NCBI GenBank assembly: GCA_963714055.1
Contig: OY970227.1
Span: 2,933,330 to 2,997,329 of the forward strand
Length of the DNA stretch: 64,000 nucleotides
Source of the DNA: an uncultured Acidimicrobiia bacterium
GTDB taxonomy: Bacteria; Actinomycetota; Acidimicrobiia; Spongiisociales; UBA5794
Direction: 5' to 3'
In this document: positions 51,135 through 60,613 of the stretch, piece after piece
How the letters are laid out: each line of letters opens with the position of its first letter
How positions within the stretch are numbered: position 1 is the first letter of the stretch
The notes under the pieces: generated by a model
Databases searched by the model: none
What the model saw: only the letters and a program-made list of their open reading frames with translations
Told to the model about the DNA's origin: nothing
Program-made: the position numbers and the translations under genes

Positions 51135-52001
51135 CGCGTCGGTAACGCCGCCACCTCCGGGTCGCCGCTCTGCCCACGCCGGGCACAGGTCCTTGTAGGC
51201 GCACCAGTCGCACAGCCGGCCCGGCCTGGCGGGGAACCGATCGGAGCTGATCGCCCGATCGATCGCAGCCCACAGCGCCACCAGCTGGCGCTCCATGGCG
51301 TCGAGCTGGACGTCGCTGACCGGTATCTCGTACACCGAGGGCCCGTTGAGGTACAGCAGCCGGAGCCTCGCCGGGGTGCGACCGGTGCGGTGCCGGACCA
51401 GCAGGGCGTAGATCTTGAGGGCGAAGAAGGCGGGAATGGCGTAGCGCTCGGGCGGCGCCTTCCCTGACTTGTAGTCGGTGATGACCAGCCCGTCATCGGT
51501 CTCGTCCATCCGGTCGAGGATCCCGCGTATGGTCATGTCGCCGAGCTGTTCGGCGAGCTCGAGCTCGCGGCCGGTCGGTTCGATCGTCGTCGGGTCCTCG
51601 ACTCCGAAGTAGTTGGCCAGGATCCCGAGGCTCTCGAGGCCCCAACGCCGCTCGACGGCAACGTCATCGAACAAACCGGTGAACTCGTCGTCCTTCACCT
51701 CGACCCAGGCCTGGCGGAACAGGTCGAAGAGTCGGTCTGGAGTCCGTTCGTCGGCCGGGAGGTCGAACAGGCGTTGCAGCGCCAGGTGGGCGGTCGTGCC
51801 CCGCGCCTGGGACTCGGTCGGTGGATCGGGGATGCGGTCGATCGAGCGGAACTTGTACAGCTGCGGGCAGGTCTTGAAGTCGCTGGCCCGCGACGGCGAC
51901 AGCGTCTCCAGTCCCCGGGGGGCCGCGATCTCGCCGGTGTCGATGTCGCCGGTGTCGATGTCGCCGGTGTCGATGTCGATCGCGGCCGTCGTCGTCGCCA
52001 T
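51131..52001 (-). CDS. PD-(D/E)XK (RecB/Cas4-family) nuclease, Rv2119-like; 3' end unresolved
   Basis: ATG 52001. N-terminal 15-bp x3 tandem repeat (IDTGD x3). Conserved LSPSRASDFKTCPQLYKFR. Catalytic ITDYKSGK. Cys cluster CDWCAYKDLCPAW. The ORF continues in frame into proV with no stop. A +1 frame terminates TGA at 51131 overlapping the proV ATG. Confidence 0.55.
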
Positions 52002-52135
52002 GGTGGGCACTCTACGGCGCCGGGGTGACACAAACCACATGCATGTAGTTTCGCGTCGGCGGTGCCACCGGACCACGGTGGCATGGTACGGCCGGAGTGC
52101 GTGCTCGAACGGCCGGCAGGCCCCTTAGCCGGCAC

Positions 52136-52516
52136 CGCGAAAACCAGGAAAGCGGTCGCGAAAACCAACCACCGTTCTCGTTTGACGCGCTCGGGACCCC
52201 GGGCCTACGTTGCCGCTCCCTTCGGGGCTTCGGCCCGGGAGGGGAGCACTCGGGGCGGTTCCTCGGAACCAAACCGGGACGGAGGGAGCCGCAAGGCGAC
52301 AACCGACCCGGGTCCCGGGAGCAGCGGACCGGCTTCGGCCGGGACGCAGCTCGGAGGGCTTCGGCCGGAAGAGCACGGCGGGAGAACGCCCCTTCGGGGG
52401 CACGGGCGCCGTCCCGTTATCTCTCGCTTCCGTCGGAGACGGGGTTCGCCCCGGCGCCGGCGGACAGGAGAACCCCGAGAGGGTTGAGGCTTCGGCCGAG
52501 GCTCCCTCGGGGTTTT
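52136..52516 (+). repeat. Paralogous structured intergenic element, copy C (candidate sRNA gene)
   Basis: CGCGAAAAC at 52136-52144 and 52157-52165. TTGACG 52182-52187, 18-nt spacer, TACGTT 52206-52211. About 250 nt containing C(UUCG)G hairpins (cccTTCGggg, gggcTTCGgccc, ccggcTTCGgccgg, gccccTTCGggggc). Hairpin aaccccgagagggttgaggcTTCGgccgaggctccctcggggtttt at 52471-52516. Confidence 0.45.
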
Positions 52517-52528
52517 CCGCGTCGTTCG

Positions 52529-54525
52529 TCAGCCGCCGCGCTGGTCGGGTACGTCGAGTGCGGGGTTGGCGTCGAAGAAGCCTGCGGGATGGAGCTCGAA
52601 GCCGATCTGGCGTGTTGCCGCGACCGGGTACTGCTCGAGCACGGGGTGGTGGGTGAGGCCGGTCGTGAACCACACGACGAGATCTCCGTTGGACACGTTC
52701 TCCGGGGTCGAGGTGTAGGCGGCGAGGCCGTCGCCGGCGTTTCCCTGGTTGGGGTAGTCACCGGCGGCGTACAGCTCCCGCGGCTGATACCGCGTGACCC
52801 ACAGCGGATGCTGGGCGAACGCCGCCCGTTGGAGAGGCAGGTAGTCGAGGCTGGAATAGGGGACGGTGGTGTCGGCGGCGGTGAGCATGTACGCCGTCGG
52901 TTCGCCGCGCCCGTTGTGGTTGGTGAGGCTCTCGACCATCCAGCTCCTCGCGGTGGCGGCGTTGGCGTCGCGTGACTGCTCGCCTGTCAGCACGGTGTGG
53001 TGGGCATGGAAGGCGTTGCCGGTCGGGCTGGCGACGGGCACCGTGTCGATCTCGACGAGGCGGTTGGCGGTCCCGTCGACGTCGAAGTCGATGCGGAAGT
53101 TGAAGAAGTGCTGGTGCGCCGGGGCGGCGATGTTGTCGGCGACGGTGGTCCCGAACTGGTTGCCGTCGGCGTCATCGCTGACACCCTGGTTGAGGGTCGT
53201 GCCGGTGAGCCCGACGCGTACATCGATCGTGCCGTCGAGCCGGAACGTGTAGGCGGTGGTGTAGGTGTAGTTGCCGATGTTGTTGGTCGCGGTGACGACC
53301 AACTCGCGGGCGAGGCGGGCGTCGCGCTCATAGGTCTCCGGGTCGAGGCGGTCCCACAGCACCCCGGCGTGTTGCTCGTAGATCGCCACTGCGTGCGGCA
53401 GGGCGTAGGTGCCGTCGACGCTTCCGGTGTCGGCGCCGACGGTCTCGTCGAGGAACACCGCGTTGCCGGGCACGTCGACGAGCCTGCGGAGATCCTCGGC
53501 GTACTGGCCGATGTCGTACTCGCCGACGTCGAACGCCGAACGCCACGCCCAGTTCTCGTCGGGGAGGGCGTAGGGGACGTAGATCTCGTCGAGGCCGATG
53601 CGGTAGATGATCGGGCGTACGACACCGTTGTCGAGGTAGCCGATCTGATGCAGGACGAGGCCCTCACGAGGGTTGTAGCCGACTCGGAACTGCCAGTTCT
53701 GCCACACCACCTGGCGGCCGTCGATCCGGAAGCTCGGACCGTCGGGCTGCCGGATGATGAGGTCGGTGAGACCGGTGCGCTCGTGGTGGCGTTGCCGGTG
53801 ATGGTCGTGTTGACCGGGCGGATGCCGGTGTCGACGAACTCGACGACCTGCCCGGTGTTCATGTCGACGGTGACGATCACCCCCTCGATCGGCCGGTCGT
53901 ACACGTTGGGGAGATCGCCGCGGTAGAACGACACCGCCCGCATCAGCCGGGCGCCGGGATCGCCCGGCGGGTCCGCGTCGTCACCGCGTGCCCACACGTC
54001 GAGATAGACGTCGTGCGGCTCGATCCCGCGGCGGCGCATCGCCCTGCGCCACCGCGGGTCGGCGCGCACGATCTCGTCGGCGACGGTGTACTCGGTCAAG
54101 TAGACGGCGGGCTGCACCCCGGGACGGGGATCCCACGACACGACCTGGCCGGCGGACAGGTCGACGACCACCTCGATTGCCCGGTTCGTCACCGGGTCGT
54201 ACACGTTGGCGAAGGCGCGGCGCCCGATCGGCTGTCCCGGCGACCAGGCGAGCACCGCTGCCTTGGCCGGCTCCTGCAGGGTGACGATCGGGAAGTACGC
54301 CCCTTCAGGAAACCGCGGATCCGCCTCGATCACCTCGAAGGCGGTGTCGATCTCGACCGCGGTCAGGGGGTCGAGTGGATGCGACGGTGACGCGGCGGCG
54401 CCATCCGCCGATGTCCCGTTGACCAGCCCGGTGGTGAGCAGCGTCGCCAACGCCGATGCGGCGACGAGCGGCCCGGCGGGGAACCGTCGCCGCCGGCGGG
54501 ACGCAGGAACCCCATTGGTGGACAT
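52529..54525 (-). CDS. Copper-containing amine oxidase (TAT-secreted); frameshifted
   Basis: RBS AGGAG, ATG 54525. Twin-arginine signal SRRRRRFPAGPLVAASA. N2/N3 domains, then catalytic domain (QPDGPSFRIDGRQVVWQNWQFRVGYNPREGLVLHQIGY...NIGNYTYTT...HQHFFNFRID). Frame change near 53800-53812. Confidence 0.7.
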
Positions 54526-54758
54526 CGGCAAGCTCCTCAGGTAGTGGGCGGGCACACGGCTGCTGCGGCGACCAGCCGCCTCGTCGCGTGGTGTCGCTCC
54601 AGGTTCATCGGGTCCTCCTGGTTCCTCGAGATCACGACGTGTGCGGAGCTTGGCTCGGCGCTGTTCCCGTTGTCACGGGGCGGGGCTCCCTTCTCTGTCG
54701 GGAAGAACACTAGGAGAGCCGGACACCGCGGAATGAACAGGGGCGCCCGCGGTAGGGT

Positions 54759-54885
54759 CGCGAAATTCAGGGACAAAGCGCGAAAACGATCTACCGATCT
54801 GATTTGCGCCGTCGCCGAACCACGCGTATGTTCACTCTCGAACCCCGAGGGGGTGGCGGCTTCGGCCGAGACTCTCTCGGGGTTC
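54759..54885 (+). repeat. Paralogous intergenic element, short copy A (repeats and promoter-like box fused directly to the hairpin)
   Basis: CGCGAAAT 54759-54766 and CGCGAAAAC 54779-54787. TTGCGC 54804-54809, 17-nt spacer, TATGTT 54827-54832. Hairpin aaccccgagggggtggcggcTTCGgccgagactctctcggggtt at 54841-54885. Confidence 0.4.
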
Positions 54886-54975
54886 ACTCGCGTCCCCACG
54901 ACTTCTCCTCCCCGAATGGTGCCCGATGCGGCAGGAGTGGCCTCAGGGGAATCCCGCTGGACGATCTCCGTGGCT

Positions 54976-55330
54976 CGCGAAACATCGGGACGAGACGCGA
55001 AAACGATGTAGCGATCTCACTTGACGGCCCTGGGTCGCCCGACCTACGTTGCCCCCGTGCCGCAGCGGGAAACCGAGGTGGCACCGGGTGAGGGCCTTCG
55101 GGCGCTGACCCACCGGGACCGCCTTCGGGCGGACCCACCGTCCGTTCCGGACGCCACCCTTCGGGGTGGGTTCTCCCCTTCGGGGGAGAGGACGCCGGCC
55201 TTCGGGTCGGCGACGGTCGGGACAGACCGCCGAACGGGCTTCGGCCCGGGAGGCATCGGCCAGCCTTCGGGCTGACCGAAGGGAAAACCCCGAGAGGGTG
55301 GAGGCTTCGGCCGATACTCCCTCGGGGTTT
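54976..55330 (+). repeat. Paralogous structured intergenic element, copy B (candidate sRNA or 5' leader of the downstream gene)
   Basis: CGCGAAAC 54976-54983 and CGCGAAAAC 54996-55004. TTGACG 55021-55026, 18-nt spacer, TACGTT 55045-55050. At least seven consecutive C(UUCG)G hairpins between 55090 and 55275 (ccgccTTCGggcgg, cacccTTCGgggtg, ctccccTTCGggggag, ccggccTTCGggtcgg, cgggcTTCGgcccg, cagccTTCGggctg). Hairpin aaaaccccgagagggtggaggcTTCGgccgatactccctcggggttt at 55284-55330, 27 nt before the next ATG. Confidence 0.45.
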
Positions 55331-55356
55331 CCCGCGTCGGGCAGCAGCCTCCGTAT

Positions 55357-55987
55357 GATGCCGGCCATGACCTTCTCCGAACGCAACCTCACCGAGGGCG
55401 AGCAGATCATCACGAAGTTCCGCCCCCACTGGCGGTTGCTCTTCGTCCCGGTCGGCTGGATCCTGCTGGGGCTCGTCGCCCTGTGGTTGGTCTACGCGGT
55501 GATCCCATGGGAGAACACCTCGTTCCAGCTGGTGATGACCGGTCTGATCCTCCTCGCCCTCATCCCGTTGACCATCGCGCCGCTCATCACGTGGTGGTTC
55601 ACCACCTACATCCTGACCACCGAGCGTCTGGTCACCCGAAGCGGGATGATCGCCAGGCGCGGTGTCGAGATACCGCTCGAGAACATCAACAACGTGCTGT
55701 TCCACCAAGGCCCGATCGAGCGGATCCTGAAGTCCGGCGACCTGCTCGTGGAGTCGGCCGGCGAGACCGGCCAGAGCCGATTCCGTAGCATCCCGCAGCC
55801 CGAAGAGTTCCAGACATTGCTGTACAAGACTCGCGAGGCTCGCTCGATGGAGCTCGCCCAACCGGCGGCGGTGGTGGCCCCCGATGTGACCGCCCAGCTC
55901 GACCGGCTCGCCAAGCTCCATCGGGACGGCGTCCTCACCGACGCCGAGTTCCAGGAGAAGAAGCAGAAGCTGCTCGACCAGATCTGA
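55357..55987 (+). CDS. Membrane protein with bPH_2 (YdbS/YdbT-like PH) domain and C-terminal SHOCT domain
   Basis: Two TM helices then a PH-like region. C-terminus DRLAKLHRDGVLTDAEFQEKKQKLL is a SHOCT motif. Start ambiguous (55357, 55360 or 55375); no clear SD. Confidence 0.6.
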
Positions 55988-56009
55988 CTCTGGCGTGCAG
56001 GAGGTCACG

Positions 56010-56555
56010 ATGAGCGAGTACGTCAGCCCTTCGACCAGGCCGGCGGCGTACCCGAGCGACCTGGAGGTCCAGCTCCCGCTCGAGGACGGCCGGACCGTCC
56101 TGGTGCGCCCTGTGGTCCCCGACGACGCACCGATGCTCGTGCGGCAGCTGGAGCACGCCGATCCGGACACGATCTACCAGCGCTTCTTCCGCTACCCCGT
56201 CCACCTCGACGCGGAGACGCTCGACCACATGACCCGTCTCGACTACCACGACCGCTTGGCCCTGGCCGCCTTCGCCGCCGACGGCGAAGGTGTCGCCATC
56301 GCCCGGTACGAGATCATCGAGCCCGGCCTCGCCGAGGTGGCCGTCGTCGTGCAGCCCGAGTGGCGTCTGCTCGGGCTCGGGACCGCCTTGCTGGAGATGC
56401 TCGAGGTCGCCGCCCTGGAGCGTGGGATAACCAGGTTCACCGCGATCTTCCTGCCCGACAACCGCCAGATCGCCTCACTGCTGGAGCGGGTCGGGTTCAC
56501 CTCTGGCGGCATCGACGGCGGGCTCGGCACCGCCTCGAAGGACCTCGCCGGCTGA
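56010..56555 (+). CDS. GNAT-family N-acetyltransferase
   Basis: RBS AGGAGG then ATG 56010. Acetyl-CoA binding region VVVQPEWRLLGLGTALL. Confidence 0.65.
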   Translation: MSEYVSPSTRPAAYPSDLEVQLPLEDGRTVLVRPVVPDDAPMLVRQLEHADPDTIYQRFFRYPVHLDAETLDHMTRLDYHDRLALAAFAADGEGVAIARYEIIEPGLAEVAVVVQPEWRLLGLGTALLEMLEVAALERGITRFTAIFLPDNRQIASLLERVGFTSGGIDGGLGTASKDLAG

Positions 56556-56743
56556 GGTCTGCCGCCGATCGGCGAGCCGTCGCCATCAGGATGACGCTCG
56601 TCGCCCGCCAACGACTGGACCCGTCCGATCGCCATCGTCAGGCCGGAGAGCCTTCTTGTAGAGTCGCCGCGATGGTGCCTCGGAGTGACAGCCACCCGGT
56701 GCCCGGACCGGAGGCTGATCAGACGCCGTCCCGCCGGGGCACG

Positions 56744-57650
56744 ATGCGTCGTGTCCTCGCCGTCCTCGGCGTCGTGCTGGTACTGATCGCCCTGTGGGAG
56801 CTCTACAAGGTGGTGGGCAAGGCCGCCGGCGGTGTCATCCCGTTCACCGACATCCGGCTGCGGCCCCCTCCGGACGACCGGTCGATGCCCCACGTCTGGG
56901 ACATTGTCGCCGCCATGTTCGAGCCGTCGCGCCGCGGCGCCGCCCCGTTGTGGACGGTACTCGGCTCGTCGGCATTGTTCACCCTGCGCGAGGCGTTCGT
57001 CGGGTTCGTGATCGGGGCAACGGTCGGCTTCGCGCTCGGCGGTGTTGTTCGTGCGCTCCGGGCTCGCCGAGCGTGCCTTCCTGCCGTACGTGGTCGCCTC
57101 CCAGACGGTCCCCATACTCGCCATCGCCCCGATGGTGGTGGTGTGGGGCGGCCGCATCGGGTTTCCCCAGTGGCTGGCGGTGGCGACGATCGCCGCCTAC
57201 CTCACGTTCTACCCGGTGACGATCAACACGCTGCGCGGGCTGCGCTCGCCGGCGGCGACCGCCACCGAGTTGATGCGGTCGTACGCCGCCACCGACCGCC
57301 AGCGGCTATGGAAGCTGCAGGTGCCCTCCGCCCTGCCGTACATCTTCACCGCCCTCAAGATCTCGGCGGCGGCGAGCGTGGTCGGCGCCATCGTCGGCGA
57401 GCTGCCCACCGGCGCCAACGCCGGGCTGGGTCGGGCACTCCTGTCGTATTCGCAGCAGTTCACCGCCGCCCCGGAGAAGCTGTACGCCACGGTGATCTTC
57501 TGCGGGTTGGCCGGCGCGCTGTTCGTCGGGCTGGTGACGCTGGTCGAGCGCCGGGTGGTGGGCCCGGGTGGCATGCCCCCGATCCAGACGGACCGCCAGA
57601 GCCTGCTGATGATGGCGGATGCGCCCGGGACGACCGGGGTGGCGGCGTGA
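56744..57650 (+). CDS. ABC transporter permease (NitT/TauT family); frameshifted
   Basis: N-terminal part in the frame of ORF 56360, C-terminal part in ORF 57042..57650. Shift near 57036-57050. Confidence 0.6.
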
Positions 57651-58486
57651 CCGGCACGGTGACCGGCGCCACCGTCCCGATCGCCGCGGTGGCCGCCGCC
57701 GGGCTGGGCAAGGTGTTCGAAGGCGCCGGCTCGGAGCGGATCGAGGCACTCACCGACATCGATCTCTCCATCGCCCCCGGCGAGTTCGTATCACTGATCG
57801 GGCCGTCCGGCTGCGGCAAGAGCACGCTGCTCAGACTGATCGGCGACCTGCTGGCCCCGACGGCGGGGAGCCTCGTGGTCAATGGCAAGACGCCCCACCA
57901 GGCCCGGCTCGATCGCGACTACGGGATCGTGTTCCAGCAGGCGACCCTGCTCGACTGGCGCACGGTGCGACGGAACGTCGAGCTGCCGATGGAACTGGTC
58001 GACGTCCCCAAGGGGGATCGGGCCACCCGGGCGGAGCAGATGCTCGACCTCGTCGAGTTGACCGACTTCGCCGACCATCAGCCCTGGCAGCTCTCCGGTG
58101 GGATGCAGCAGCGGGTGGCGATCGCCCGCGCTCTGGTGCTCGACCCGGCGCTCCTACTGATGGACGAGCCCTTCGGAGCGCTCGACGAGATGACCAGGGA
58201 ACGGATGCAGCAGGAAGTCCTGCGCATCTGGCGCGCCACCGGCAAGACGGTGGTGTTCGTCACCCATTCGATCCCCGAGGCCGTCTTCCTGTCATCGCGG
58301 GTGGTCGTCATGTCGCCGCGCCCTGGTCGGATAGCACACGTCATGGAGGTCGGGTTGGGACCGCAGCGCGACGACGACACACGCGAGGACCAGCGGTTCT
58401 TCGAGGCGGTCACCGAGGTGCGCGAGGCGCTGCGCCGTCCGCGCGGGGTCTCTACCGGCCCACCGTTGCGGGAGGCCTCGTCGTGA
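57647..58486 (+). CDS. ABC transporter ATP-binding protein (NitT/TauT family)
   Basis: GTGA overlap. Walker A GPSGCGKST, signature LSGGMQQRV, Walker B LLLMDEPF. Confidence 0.8.
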   Translation: MTGTVTGATVPIAAVAAAGLGKVFEGAGSERIEALTDIDLSIAPGEFVSLIGPSGCGKSTLLRLIGDLLAPTAGSLVVNGKTPHQARLDRDYGIVFQQATLLDWRTVRRNVELPMELVDVPKGDRATRAEQMLDLVELTDFADHQPWQLSGGMQQRVAIARALVLDPALLLMDEPFGALDEMTRERMQQEVLRIWRATGKTVVFVTHSIPEAVFLSSRVVVMSPRPGRIAHVMEVGLGPQRDDDTREDQRFFEAVTEVREALRRPRGVSTGPPLREASS

Positions 58487-59259
58487 CCCGGGCGCGCCGC
58501 TACCTGCCGGCGGTGATCGCCTTCGTCGCCGTGCTGGTGCTGTGGGAGGGGCTGGTCCGGCTTTTCGACGTGCAGAGCTTCGTCCTGGCCAAGCCCACCG
58601 AGATCGCCGCTTCGTTCGTCGAGAACTTCCCGGTGATCTGGGGCGCCGGCCTCCGCACCCTGGTCGAGGCGCTGGGCGGGCTCGTGATCGGCGTCGTGCT
58701 GGGGGTTGGGGCCGCCCTGGCCGCCACCCGCTGGATCCCGGTTCGCCACGGCCTACTCCCGATAGCCATCGCCGCCTCGGCCATGCCCATCGTCGCCGTG
58801 GCCCCGATCATGAACCAGTGGTTCACCATCACCAGCCCGGTCTCCAAGATGATGGTGGTGTCGGTGATCGTCTTCTTCCCGGTGATGATCAACACGGTGA
58901 GGGGCCTCACCGAGGTCGATCAGAGCCAGATCGAGCTGATGCACTCGCTCGCCGCCCCGCCAAGGGAGATCCTCACCGGGGTGCGGATACCGTCGGCGAT
59001 GCCCTACTTCTTCAGCGCCCTCAAGGTGGCATCGGCCCTGGCTCTGATCGGCGCCATCGTCGCCGAGTACTTCGGGGGCCCGCAGGACGTGCTCGGCCAG
59101 TACATCATCAACAGGGCCAACCTGTTCCAGTTCCCCGACGCCTGGGCGGCGATCCTGGTTGCTTCGCTGATCGGGATCGGGTCGTACCTGGTGGTGTCGG
59201 CGATCGAGCGGCTGGTGATGCCATGGCACGTCTCGATGCGGTCCGGGGCCGAACGGTGA
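58483..59259 (+). CDS. ABC transporter permease (NitT/TauT family), second copy
   Basis: RBS GGGAGG, GTG 58483 overlapping the ATPase stop. EAA-like region ELMHSLAAPPREILTGVRIP. Confidence 0.75.
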   Translation: MTRARRYLPAVIAFVAVLVLWEGLVRLFDVQSFVLAKPTEIAASFVENFPVIWGAGLRTLVEALGGLVIGVVLGVGAALAATRWIPVRHGLLPIAIAASAMPIVAVAPIMNQWFTITSPVSKMMVVSVIVFFPVMINTVRGLTEVDQSQIELMHSLAAPPREILTGVRIPSAMPYFFSALKVASALALIGAIVAEYFGGPQDVLGQYIINRANLFQFPDAWAAILVASLIGIGSYLVVSAIERLVMPWHVSMRSGAER

Positions 59260-59347
59260 TCGACGTCGGTCGCGAGATTTCTGTCACTCGATCGTGACAG
59301 GATGGGGAGCCGGCGCAGCCGGCACAGAGAGAGAAGAGAGAGAGCAC

Positions 59348-60499
59348 ATGACACTGAGACGACACGGGCGCTGGCTGGTCGTGCTGGCGCTGCTCCTGGT
59401 GGTCGCCGCCTGCGGCGGGGACGACGACACCGACGGCACCGACGCCCCGGACGGCACCGAGGCGTCGGGCGGGACCGCCGCCGAGTGCACCGAGCCCGAC
59501 GAGGTCCGCCTCCAGCTGCAGTGGGTGGCGCAGTCGCAGTTCGCCGGGTACTTCGCCGCCCTGGACGAGGGGTTGTACGAGGAAGAGTGCCTGAACGTGA
59601 CCATCCTGGAGGGTGCGGTCGACATCGTGCCCCAGCAGGTGCTGGCCACCGGTGGAGCCGAGTTCGCCCTGGCGTGGGTGCCGAAGGCGTTGGTGAGCCG
59701 CGAGGCGGGCGCCGACATCGTCAACATCGCCCAGGTGTTCGAGCGGTCGGGCACGTTGATGGTGGCGTTCGCCGACAGCGGGATCGCCTCGGTCGAGGAC
59801 TTCGCCGGCAAGAACGTGGGGAACTGGGGCTTCGGCAACGAGTTCGAGCTGACCGCGGCGATCGCCGAGGCGGGGTTGACCGACCAGGTCTCCCTGGTGG
59901 CGCAGGACTTCACCATGAACGCCCTGCTCAACGGTGAGATCGACGTGGCGGAGGCGATGACCTACAACGAGTACGCCCAGGTGCTCGAGGCGGTCAACCC
60001 GGACACCGGTGAGCTGTACCAGCCGGAGGACCTCAACGTGATCGACTTCAACGAGGTCGGCACCGCCATGCTCCAGGACGCGGTGTGGGCCGAGTCGTCA
60101 TGGCTGGCCGACAACGAGGACGTGGCGGAGCGGTTCCTGCGGGCCTCGTTCCGGGGCTGGGTGTTCTGCCGGGACAACTTCGACGCCTGCGTCGACATCG
60201 TCCTCAACCACGGCACCACCCTCGGGGAGAGCCACCAGCGGTGGCAGCTCAACGAGATCAACGCCCTCATCTGGCCGGCGACGAACGGCATCGGGGTGAT
60301 GAATCAGGAGCTGTGGGACCAGACCGTCGAGGTGGCCACTTCGCAGATCCCCGAGCTCCAGGGTGTGGAGATCCCGGCCGAGGCGTTCCGCACCGACCTG
60401 GCGGAGGCGGCGGTGGCGGCGCTCGAAGCCGAGGGCCTCGAGGTCACCGGCGAGGGGTTCGAGAAGATCGAGGTCGAGCTGACCGAGGGCGGTTCCTGA
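59348..60499 (+). CDS. ABC transporter substrate-binding lipoprotein (NMT1/THI5-like; SsuA/ThiY fold)
   Basis: Purine-rich RBS, ATG 59348. Lipobox LVVAACGG. LQLQWVAQSQFAGYFAA. Confidence 0.7.
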   Translation: MTLRRHGRWLVVLALLLVVAACGGDDDTDGTDAPDGTEASGGTAAECTEPDEVRLQLQWVAQSQFAGYFAALDEGLYEEECLNVTILEGAVDIVPQQVLATGGAEFALAWVPKALVSREAGADIVNIAQVFERSGTLMVAFADSGIASVEDFAGKNVGNWGFGNEFELTAAIAEAGLTDQVSLVAQDFTMNALLNGEIDVAEAMTYNEYAQVLEAVNPDTGELYQPEDLNVIDFNEVGTAMLQDAVWAESSWLADNEDVAERFLRASFRGWVFCRDNFDACVDIVLNHGTTLGESHQRWQLNEINALIWPATNGIGVMNQELWDQTVEVATSQIPELQGVEIPAEAFRTDLAEAAVAALEAEGLEVTGEGFEKIEVELTEGGS

Positions 60500-60613
60500 G
60501 GTCGGCGCCCGTAACGCGCCATTTGCGGTTGGTGGGGTCCCGGTGCGCCGGGGCCCCACCGTGCCGACCGTCGCTAGCGTGAGCTGCGAGATCGAGTGAG
60601 AGGAGGAGCGGTC

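Noticed and set aside
52090-55340. CRISPR array as the interpretation of the repeated hairpin regions.
   Set aside because: The repeats are short stems of variable sequence, length and spacing, sharing only the UUCG loop. There are no constant-length direct repeats or spacers, and no cas genes nearby.
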